Shown here: one piece after another, positions 18,126-25,505 of the stretch | Position numbering within the stretch: the first letter of the stretch is position 1 | Layout: every line of letters starts with the position of its first letter | Assembly (NCBI GenBank): GCA_017425065.1 | Contig: JAFPJV010000024.1 | Coordinates: 8,410 to 72,409, forward strand | DNA: 64,000 nucleotides | Direction: 5' to 3' | Origin: Paludibacteraceae bacterium | GTDB lineage: Bacteria; Bacteroidota; Bacteroidia; Bacteroidales; Paludibacteraceae | Made by a program: the position numbers and the translations under genes | Notes under the pieces: model-generated | What the model saw: only the letters and a program-made list of their open reading frames with translations | Told to the model about the DNA's origin: nothing | The model's database searches: none

Positions 18126-20771
18126 TTATTCTTGATTTTCGTTGTTATTATCATTCTCATCATTTTGTACTTGGTCACTTTGTACTTCGTCACCTTGTAC
18201 TTGCTCCTCTTCTTCCACTTTCGGAACCAGGCAGCCGCTCATCAGGATGTCGTTGCGTTTCTGTAGTTCAATCAGTTTCACGCCTTGTGCAGCACGTCCT
18301 GTCACGCGGATGGTCGATACATCCATGCGGATGGCGGTTCCCGACTTGGTCATGAGCATCAGGTCGTCTTCGTCGGTCACGGCTTGGATACCAATCAGTT
18401 TGCCGGTTTTCTCCGTTACCTCGATGGTCTTCACGCCCTTGCCGCCACGATTGGTGATACGATAGATCGGGTTGCCTTCCTCGTCGTCCACCGGCGTACG
18501 CTTGCCGAAGCCCTTCTCCGAGATGACCAGAATGTTCTTGTCGGAATTAGGCTCTACACAAACCATGCCAATCGCGCGATCTTCTCCATCTTCGTCCAAT
18601 TTTATGGCTCGTACACCGCTGGCGCCACGACCCATTGGACGTACCGTGTTCTCCGGGAAACGAACCACTTTGCCGTTGAAGCTGGCAATCAGCATCTGGC
18701 TCTCGCCATCAGTCAGCGTCACGCCGATCAGCTCGTCGCCTTCACGCAAGCCTATAGCTATAATACCGTTCGCGCGCGGGCGGCTGTAGGCCTCCAATGT
18801 CGTCTTCTTCATCAGTCCGTTCTTTGTTGCGAAGATCAGATAGTGGCTGTTCACAAACTCGGCGTCGTTCAGCCCCTTCACGTTGATGAACGTACATACG
18901 CGGTCGCCCTTCTGCAGGTTGATAACGTTCTGAATAGCACGGCCTTTCGACTGACGATTGCCTTCCGGCAGGTCATAAACCTTGATCCAGTACAGACGTC
19001 CCATCTCCGTGAACAGCATCATCGTCGAGTGCATCGAAGCCTGGTGAACATACTCGATGAAGTCGCTGTCGCGCGATGCACTGGCTTTCGTACCGATACC
19101 TCCGCGGCCTTGCTGACGGAATTCGGTCAGCGGCGTGCGTTTGATATAGCCTAAGTGCGAGATGGTAATCACCATGTCGTCGTCGGCGTACATATCTTCC
19201 GGATTGAACTCGGTAGCCATCTTCACGATCTGGGTGCGACGCTCATCGGCAAACTTGTCCCTCACCTCCTGCAACTCGCTCTCGATCAGTTCGTAACGCA
19301 TTACCTCGTTGGCAAGCAACTCGTTCAAGTGGGCAATCAGTTTCTCTATCTCTTCGTACTCGTTCTTCAACTCGTCGATACGCAGACCGGTCAACGCGCT
19401 CAGACGCATATCCACGATGGCTTTCGACTGCAGGTTGTCCAGGTTGAAGCGTTTCTCCAGATTCAGCTGGGCATCGGCAGGCGTACGGCTCGCACGGATG
19501 ATCTTCACTACCTCGTCGATATTATCTACGGCGATGATCAAGCCCTCCAAGATATGGGCGCGCTCTTCCGCCTTGCGCAACTCAAAACGCGTACGGCGTG
19601 TTACCACGTCCATACGATGCTCGATGAAGTTGTAAACCAGGTCTTTCAGCGTCAGCAACATCGGACGGCCTTTTACCAGCGCGATGCTGTTAACGGCAAA
19701 ACTCGACTGCAGCGCCGTGAACTTGTACAGCTTGTTCAGCACTACCTGCGCATTGGCGTCACGCTTCACTTCAATCACGATGCGGATGTCGCGCTTCGAT
19801 TGGTCGGAGATGTCCGATATACCTTCTATCTTCTTGTCCGAAACCAGTTCGGCGATGTTCTTTACCAAGTCAGCTTTCACTACGCCGTACGGCAACTCCG
19901 TGATAATGATTTTCTCTCGTCCGTTGTCCTCGGTCTCGATGTCGGCGTTCGAACGGATAATGACGCGTCCGCGACCGGTCTCGTATGCCTCGCGTACACC
20001 CTGATAGCCGTATATCGTACCGCCCGTCGGGAAGTCAGGCGCCTTGATGTGCTCCATCAGTTGCTCCACGGTGATTTCCTCCACCGAAGGATCGGCTATA
20101 CGTGCTTTGATATTGTCGATATAGGCCTTGCAGCCGTCGATCACTTCGCCCAAGTTGTGGGTCGGCATGTTGGTTGCCATACCTACGGCGATACCGCTTG
20201 CGCCGTTCACCAGCAGGTTCGGGAAACGGCAGGGCAATACGGTCGGCTCTTTCAGCGTATCGTCGAAGTTGAGCTGCATATCCACGGTATCTTTGTCGAT
20301 ATCGCGAAGCATCTCTTCGGCCAACTTGCTCAGACGTGCCTCGGTATAACGCATAGCGGCTGCGCCGTCACCATCCACCGATCCGAAGTTACCTTGTCCG
20401 TCAACCAGGCAATAACGCATCGCCCACGGCTGCGCCATGCGCACGAGCGTACCATATATACTGCTGTCGCCGTGCGGGTGGTACTTACCCATTACCTCAC
20501 CTACGATACGGGCACTCTTCTTGGTCGGCTTGTCCGAGGTGTTTCCTAACTCGTTCATTCCAAACAGCACGCGGCGGTGAACGGGCTTGAAGCCGTCACG
20601 TACATCCGGCAGCGCACGACTGACGATCACGCTCATCGAGTAGTCGATATACGAGGATTTCATCTCCTCGTCTATCTTCACCGGAATAATGCGGTCGCTG
20701 TCAATCGTCTGCTCCAAAAATTCTTTGTTTTCTTCCATTGTTATATTGTTATTTAAATGATTTTTTCTCAA
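18126..20771 (-). CDS. gyrA: DNA gyrase subunit A (alternative start at 20738, MEENKEF)
   Basis: DYSMSVIVSRALPDVRDGFKPVHRR, the AAMRYTE active-site Tyr region, C-terminal beta-pinwheel repeats and an acidic tail. Confidence 0.95.
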   Translation of the reverse strand: MRKNHLNNNITMEENKEFLEQTIDSDRIIPVKIDEEMKSSYIDYSMSVIVSRALPDVRDGFKPVHRRVLFGMNELGNTSDKPTKKSARIVGEVMGKYHPHGDSSIYGTLVRMAQPWAMRYCLVDGQGNFGSVDGDGAAAMRYTEARLSKLAEEMLRDIDKDTVDMQLNFDDTLKEPTVLPCRFPNLLVNGASGIAVGMATNMPTHNLGEVIDGCKAYIDNIKARIADPSVEEITVEQLMEHIKAPDFPTGGTIYGYQGVREAYETGRGRVIIRSNADIETEDNGREKIIITELPYGVVKADLVKNIAELVSDKKIEGISDISDQSKRDIRIVIEVKRDANAQVVLNKLYKFTALQSSFAVNSIALVKGRPMLLTLKDLVYNFIEHRMDVVTRRTRFELRKAEERAHILEGLIIAVDNIDEVVKIIRASRTPADAQLNLEKRFNLDNLQSKAIVDMRLSALTGLRIDELKNEYEEIEKLIAHLNELLANEVMRYELIESELQEVRDKFADERRTQIVKMATEFNPEDMYADDDMVITISHLGYIKRTPLTEFRQQGRGGIGTKASASRDSDFIEYVHQASMHSTMMLFTEMGRLYWIKVYDLPEGNRQSKGRAIQNVINLQKGDRVCTFINVKGLNDAEFVNSHYLIFATKNGLMKKTTLEAYSRPRANGIIAIGLREGDELIGVTLTDGESQMLIASFNGKVVRFPENTVRPMGRGASGVRAIKLDEDGEDRAIGMVCVEPNSDKNILVISEKGFGKRTPVDDEEGNPIYRITNRGGKGVKTIEVTEKTGKLIGIQAVTDEDDLMLMTKSGTAIRMDVSTIRVTGRAAQGVKLIELQKRNDILMSGCLVPKVEEEEQVQGDEVQSDQVQNDENDNNNENQE
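18164..18208. repeat. Three tandem 15-nt units encoding the acidic GyrA tail
   Basis: tttgtacttggtcac tttgtacttcgtcac cttgtacttgctcct on the plus strand. On the minus strand they encode QVQGDEVQSDQVQND. Confidence 0.8.
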
Positions 20772-20836
20772 AAACGGTAGTGTTCTATCGTTCTAGTGAT
20801 CTGGATATCTAGATTTCCAGACCCCGTTTTGCGCTG

Positions 20837-20844
20837 CAAAATTA
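20837..20844 (-). promoter_or_regulatory. -7 box TAATTTTG of the gyrA promoter
   Basis: Reverse complement of caaaatta, about 65 nt upstream of the 20771 start. Confidence 0.6.
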
Positions 20845-20868
20845 CAAAAACTTTCTGACATCTGCAAA

Positions 20869-20932
20869 TTTTTCGGTCATTTTTTTCGTTTTTTCGCATT
20901 TTTGACTGTTTTTCGACACCCCCTCGATTTTT
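20869..20932. promoter_or_regulatory. Six phased T5-7 tracts upstream of the gyrA promoter (predicted curved DNA)
   Basis: T-runs start at 20869, 20880, 20889, 20899, 20909 and 20928. The spacings are 11, 9, 10, 10 and 19 nt. Confidence 0.6.
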
Positions 20933-21142
20933 CTTTCTCATGCGCTTATATCGCAAATAAACCGCCTCTACGCCCTTTTTCCTTAAACCTTACGCGCGCA
21001 TACGCCCGCATTAGGACTACCACGCACCAATGTAAAAAAATAAGCAATTGCACGCAGGTGTGATAGCCTAAACCCAGACCAGAAAAAAAGCCGACTTCCA
21101 TTATTTTTTGCAAATATATTTGCATATCTCAAAAAAAAGTAG

Positions 21143-21150
21143 TAATTTTG
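21143..21150 (+). promoter_or_regulatory. -7 box TAATTTTG
   Basis: Preceded by TTTGCATATCTC and an A8 tract. It lies upstream of the 21176 and 21267 ORFs. Confidence 0.6.
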
Positions 21151-21266
21151 CAGCGAATTTAAAAACTATAGTTGTATGAAACAGGTTCACATGGGCGGAT
21201 ATTCGATTACTATCCCCGAAAATTATGTCCACCGCGTCAAGGTGAGCCGAGTAAAAGGTTCACACG

Positions 21267-21656
21267 ATGTTAGACTTGGACTTACCGAAGGAGAGCAATC
21301 TTCTGCAGTTGCCGATACTTTTGCGCAATATCCCTGCTGGGAAAGCGACCTACACTAAACTGGCATTATGGGATACCGGTGCAGAGATGTCAGGCGTTTG
21401 TGACGACTTGGCTTCGTGGCTTCAATTGGAGCCGCGCGATGAAGGTATGTATATGCAGTCTGCATCAGAAACCATTTCGGTCAAGGTGGCTAACTGCCAG
21501 TTCCAACTGCCATCCGGCGAGATCTTTGAACAAGATGTGTTAATCCTTCCGACAAATGATACGCCGGTTATAATTGGATTAGATATTATTAAACAAGGGC
21601 TCTTCTCTTTGAAACCCGAAACAGACAGTTTACACTTTCATTACGAACTGGTGTAA
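21267..21656 (+). CDS. Retropepsin-like (clan AA) aspartic protease domain protein
   Basis: LALWDTGAEMSG (D-T-G-A catalytic motif) and a downstream VIIGLDIIKQG flap-like motif. Length is 129 aa. Confidence 0.6.
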   Translation: MLDLDLPKESNLLQLPILLRNIPAGKATYTKLALWDTGAEMSGVCDDLASWLQLEPRDEGMYMQSASETISVKVANCQFQLPSGEIFEQDVLILPTNDTPVIIGLDIIKQGLFSLKPETDSLHFHYELV

Positions 21657-21841
21657 ATCTTAATACCTCTCGCTCCGCCGGCAGCGTAATTCCCGGCCGT
21701 CAGATCTAAGACGTTAAATGGGATGACATAGTAAAGGCGTTTATTGAAACGTTGTTTGCAATTTTTGCGGAAAAACTATTTAAATTTCACAAAAATATCG
21801 AAAAATGATATACAACTCTTGCGTATGTCATTTTTTTGTTG

Positions 21842-21849
21842 TACCTTTG
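21842..21849 (+). promoter_or_regulatory. Orphan -7 box TACCTTTG with no ORF close downstream
   Basis: Canonical TAnnTTTG. The next credible start codon is at 22274, about 420 nt away. Confidence 0.45.
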
Positions 21850-21966
21850 CACCGAAAATCTACGTTGGAGGGATGTGTCTCTTCCGCTTGAGAGGCGGCT
21901 TCGTCTCTTATTTCGTTCTCTGCTCCGCGTGACAGCGCGGAGTTATAGAAAAGTAGCGTGATACTT

Positions 21967-22051
21967 TGAAACTTTGGAACTTTGATGAAAATTTATAAAT
22001 TGATGAAATACAGGTAGTTATGATAGAAAGTGTCAAAGTTCCAAAGTTTCA
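21967..22051. repeat. Perfect 19-bp inverted repeat flanking a 47-nt AT-rich spacer
   Basis: tgaaactttggaactttga (21967-21985) is the exact reverse complement of tcaaagttccaaagtttca (22033-22051). Each arm is itself a tandem ACTTTGNA 8-mer array. A T8 run follows. Confidence 0.85.
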
Positions 22052-22235
22052 CATCATTTTTTTTCTTCCATTACGTCGGATCGGATCCGACAACATCCGA
22101 CATCGGCTCACTCTCGGTTCGTTCTCGACTCTTTTTCGACTCATTCTCGAGCCAATCTGCTACCTTTGTCGAGACAATCCTAGACTTTAAAGCCAATGAC
22201 AAGCCGAGGAAGAGCCGACGGCACTTAAAAATAAC

Positions 22236-22267
22236 ATTTTAACAGTTTAACCGTTTAACAATTTAAC
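22236..22267. repeat. Octamer array NNTTTAAC x4 directly upstream of the 22274 ATG
   Basis: attttaac agtttaac cgtttaac aatttaac. Confidence 0.8.
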
Positions 22268-22273
22268 ATTAAT

Positions 22274-22693
22274 ATGGCAAGAGTAACGTTTGTAACAGGA
22301 ATTGATACGGTGCGTGGAGCACTGGACAGCGTAAAAGACGGGCAGGCAAATCGTGCAAGATTGGTCTGCAAGTGGCACTACTGGGGTGAGAAATGGATAG
22401 ACGAGGACGGAAGCAAAGTGCACCTGGTCTATACCTATCGTTTCCACGAAGGCCCGTGGGCAGAAGGTGCGACGCGGAACCGCGAGATGATCAAGGCTGC
22501 GCAGCGCATGGCGCATGACATCGAGCGGGTGTGCTACCATCCGGAGGAGTTCGGCCAGGAGGATATCGCGCAAGCCCGTATCTGGCAGCAGAAGTACGCG
22601 GAATATTTGAAGACGATACCGAAAGGCAGCAAGCAGTACAAGCATTTTTATGGCTGGATGTTCACGGAGATATATAAAGGAGTGAGGAGTTAA
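22274..22693 (+). CDS. Hypothetical protein, 139 aa
   Basis: Non-repetitive composition. No motif recognised. The ORF is bracketed by two tandem 8-mer arrays. Confidence 0.5.
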   Translation: MARVTFVTGIDTVRGALDSVKDGQANRARLVCKWHYWGEKWIDEDGSKVHLVYTYRFHEGPWAEGATRNREMIKAAQRMAHDIERVCYHPEEFGQEDIAQARIWQQKYAEYLKTIPKGSKQYKHFYGWMFTEIYKGVRS

Positions 22694-22729
22694 GGAGTTA
22701 AGGAGTTAAGGAATGAAAGAGTGAAGGAA
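22682..22729. repeat. Octamer array T[T/G]A[A]GGAG x6 spanning the stop codon of ORF 22274-22693
   Basis: gtgaggag ttaaggag ttaaggag ttaaggaa tgaaagag tgaaggaa. Confidence 0.85.
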
Positions 22730-22800
22730 TGTTTAACGTAAAAAAGTGCCTTTTCGGGCACTTTTTTACTATATATCTTGCGTATATCAAAAATTTTAAG

Positions 22801-22808
22801 TACTTTTG
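22801..22808 (+). promoter_or_regulatory. -7 box TACTTTTG for lgt
   Basis: Preceded by CTTGCGTATATC and an A-tract. It lies 37 nt upstream of the ATG at 22845. Confidence 0.6.
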
Positions 22809-22844
22809 CATGAAATTTGGAGTTTTTAGATACTCAAAGATATA

Positions 22845-23711
22845 ATGCTGTCAATACTAAATTTTATTACATGGGATGTGTCCCCGTTTATTTATGAGGG
22901 CGGGCATTTTGCTATAGGATGGTATGGAACGTTGGTGACGATTGCCGTTATTGCAGTGTATTTGTTTCAATGGATTATTTATCGCAGGGAACAACTGCCA
23001 CGCAGTTATGTGGATGTCGCTTTTATAGCGTGTACGCTGTTAGGTACGTTCTTTTGTCATTGTTTTCATTGTTGGTTTTACGAGTGGTATGACGTAGGCG
23101 GAGTATTGCATAATCCTACATTCGAGTATCCGTCTGAATGGTTGCGTATCGGACATGGTATGGCGAGCCACGGTGTTGATTTCGGAATGTGGCTGGGTGC
23201 ATGGATTGTAGCGAGATACCTCTTTCAGTGCAGCACATGGTGGGTGATGGATAGGATGATAGTGAGCCGATTGGTTTTTCATGCTATTTCGCGCTTGTCT
23301 AATATCTTCAATTCGGAGATATATGGCAATCCTACAGACTTGCCCTGGGGCTTTCTTTTTGTGAATAACGGAGATTCCCTGCCCTGTCATCCGACAGCTA
23401 TTTATGAGTCTTTGTTGGCATGGGCGGCCATAGGAATATGGTGGTATCTGTATATACGAAAGGATGCAGGAAAGTGTCTTGGATTGCTGACCGGTATATC
23501 GGCTTTGATGCTGTGGGTTCCGCGGTTCTTTATTGAGTTCTTGAAGCCCGTACAGCGGGAATTTGAAGAAGCATTTGTTCTTAATATGGGGCAGATACTC
23601 AGTATTCCGTATATCATTATTGGAGTTGTGTTGATAGTCTATAGTGTTCGCACAAAAGCTGTAGCGGAAGCTCCGAAACTTTACAAGGATGAAAAGCGTA
23701 AGCGAAAATAG
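22845..23711 (+). CDS. lgt: Prolipoprotein diacylglyceryl transferase
   Basis: A polytopic membrane protein with the Lgt-like N-terminus (GHFAIGWYGTLVTIAV) and the HPTAIYESL motif. Length is 288 aa. Confidence 0.8.
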   Translation: MLSILNFITWDVSPFIYEGGHFAIGWYGTLVTIAVIAVYLFQWIIYRREQLPRSYVDVAFIACTLLGTFFCHCFHCWFYEWYDVGGVLHNPTFEYPSEWLRIGHGMASHGVDFGMWLGAWIVARYLFQCSTWWVMDRMIVSRLVFHAISRLSNIFNSEIYGNPTDLPWGFLFVNNGDSLPCHPTAIYESLLAWAAIGIWWYLYIRKDAGKCLGLLTGISALMLWVPRFFIEFLKPVQREFEEAFVLNMGQILSIPYIIIGVVLIVYSVRTKAVAEAPKLYKDEKRKRK

Positions 23712-25260
23712 AAGAGATTTCATATTGTTGGCAAGCATGGTGTTGGTACTTTCAATACCAACATTTTTGCATTGCTGGTGGTTTCCCCGAGATCTCGCTT
23801 CTTTTCTGCCAATCAACATGACCATCGCCCTGTTGGTTGCCGGCCTGGTTCTTTGGATTCCCTGGCGCTGGTTAAGATGGTTATTGTTTACGCTGCTGTT
23901 TGTTGGAACATTATTCGAATCCGCTCATTTGATGGTCTATGACGGAGATATAGCGTGTGCGGGATATCTTCGTTCGCTTTTTATGACCACTCCTTATGAA
24001 GCAGACGGAGCAGTATGGCGTATTATCTGTCAGAATAAATATGTGGTAATGATTGTAGTGGCATTCTATCTGGCAGTATCTGTATTGCTTTTTTTTGTGC
24101 GCCCTTCGCGCTCATGGCAAAAATGGATAGTGTCTATTTCCGGCATCTTGTTGCTCGTCTTGTATGTGTCACTCCCGTGCCGGATATATCTTCCGTTTAA
24201 TGTCTATGTACAAGCGACCGAGGCGCTTCATCAGCGTAACGAGCGCAATTTGCTTATAAGTCAACAGGATCCATTTGTTTATGGAGCAAAGCGGGATCAT
24301 ATACCTGCGGATAAGGAAGTTTATGTGTTGATTATAGATGAGTCATTGCGAAACGATCATGTTTCATTGGACGGAGCGAACTATCGTATAACAATGCCGC
24401 GAATGGGCTCTTTGTCCTCGTTAACTCGCTATACGAATTACTACGCTAATGGCGTGTTTACTATGTATGCTGTTCCGATGATGGTAACACGTGCCACACC
24501 GGAGACATTCGCACTGAACTACCGGGAATGGGGTGTGCAACAAGCTTTTTCGGAATGCGGATTCAAAACTGTTTGGCTAACTAATGAGGCGCAACTCGTA
24601 AGTGACGGAGTGAGCGATTATGTAGCAAGGGGAGCGGAGATAATTCGTGTTCAGCGCGATATGGATATGCCGGCGGTGGTTGATTCGCTTTGCAACCAAC
24701 ATGACAAATTGTTTGTGATTATGCATTTGTGGGGAAATCATCAGTTTTATATCAATGCCGACGAGAATATCTCGCGCTATTTGCCTGATGTTACAACTTC
24801 CGATGCTGTGCGAGGAGAAGATATGTATAATAATGCCTATGACAATTGTATTCTATATACCGATTCTATGCTTATGGCTTTAACCAATGTGCTCCAGAAG
24901 AAACAGGGTATATCTCAATGGATTTTCACGTCTGACCATGGAGAAGGACCAATCGGTGTGCATGGTGGTGCGCATGGTTACACATATCCGTACAGGAGCG
25001 AGTATCATGTGCCATTGATGATATGGGTGAGCGATGGATACAAGGCTGTTTATCCGGATCATGTGAACAATATGAAAAGGCATAAGGAAGAACCCGTTTG
25101 CGCAGACCACCTTTTCTGGTCTCTTTTGGATATGGCAGATATAGGTATTGACAGCACTTTACAGCAAGAGGGAATGAGTGTTTTCGGCGATACGTTATTG
25201 CCACACAAGCGTACCCTTCTGCTCCCTGATGGAAAAAGTATAATGAGTTTGGAAGATTAA
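23689..25260 (+). CDS. Phosphoethanolamine transferase (EptA-like, sulfatase superfamily)
   Basis: N-terminal TM bundle plus a sulfatase-type domain (IIDESLRNDH, TSDHGE). Overlaps lgt by 23 nt. Confidence 0.7.
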   Translation: MKSVSENRRDFILLASMVLVLSIPTFLHCWWFPRDLASFLPINMTIALLVAGLVLWIPWRWLRWLLFTLLFVGTLFESAHLMVYDGDIACAGYLRSLFMTTPYEADGAVWRIICQNKYVVMIVVAFYLAVSVLLFFVRPSRSWQKWIVSISGILLLVLYVSLPCRIYLPFNVYVQATEALHQRNERNLLISQQDPFVYGAKRDHIPADKEVYVLIIDESLRNDHVSLDGANYRITMPRMGSLSSLTRYTNYYANGVFTMYAVPMMVTRATPETFALNYREWGVQQAFSECGFKTVWLTNEAQLVSDGVSDYVARGAEIIRVQRDMDMPAVVDSLCNQHDKLFVIMHLWGNHQFYINADENISRYLPDVTTSDAVRGEDMYNNAYDNCILYTDSMLMALTNVLQKKQGISQWIFTSDHGEGPIGVHGGAHGYTYPYRSEYHVPLMIWVSDGYKAVYPDHVNNMKRHKEEPVCADHLFWSLLDMADIGIDSTLQQEGMSVFGDTLLPHKRTLLLPDGKSIMSLED

Positions 25261-25421
25261 AAATGCTCCGTTTTCTTCCTTTTAGAAAGGGAGGTGTTTT
25301 TTTTTCTTATAAAATATTCAATATGTCGCATTACGCTTAAAGTGTGCATTTTTTTTGCGTTATTTTTTACGGAAAAAGGTATGATTATTGCTTTTTACTT
25401 GGTGAATTTAGAAAAAAGCAG

Positions 25422-25429
25422 TAATTTTG
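25422..25429 (+). promoter_or_regulatory. -7 box TAATTTTG for the giant surface-protein gene
   Basis: GAAAAAAGCAGTAATTTTGCTGCG matches the consensus architecture seen at 8 or more other loci in the window. Confidence 0.6.
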
Positions 25430-25505
25430 CTGCGATTTTTTGTGTGTATGTGTATTAAAAGCGCATCTACGTACTAAAGGATGGATATTTAAGATACAAA
25501 AAAAT

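Noticed and set aside
20772-22273. Possible replication origin. The reasons were a leftward/rightward strand switch next to gyrA, two long non-coding gaps and AT-rich periodic tracts.
   Set aside because: I found no TTATCCACA-type DnaA boxes on either strand by eye. The T-tracts are better explained as promoter-upstream curvature. One strand switch in 64 kb is weak evidence. A genome-wide GC-skew plot would be needed.
25440-25505. N-terminal extension of the giant ORF (MCVCVLKAHLRTKGWIFKIQKN)
   Set aside because: The TAATTTTG -7 box at 25422-25429 puts the transcription start at about 25435. The ATG at 25506 is followed by a proper signal-peptide-like sequence. The extension has no signal features.
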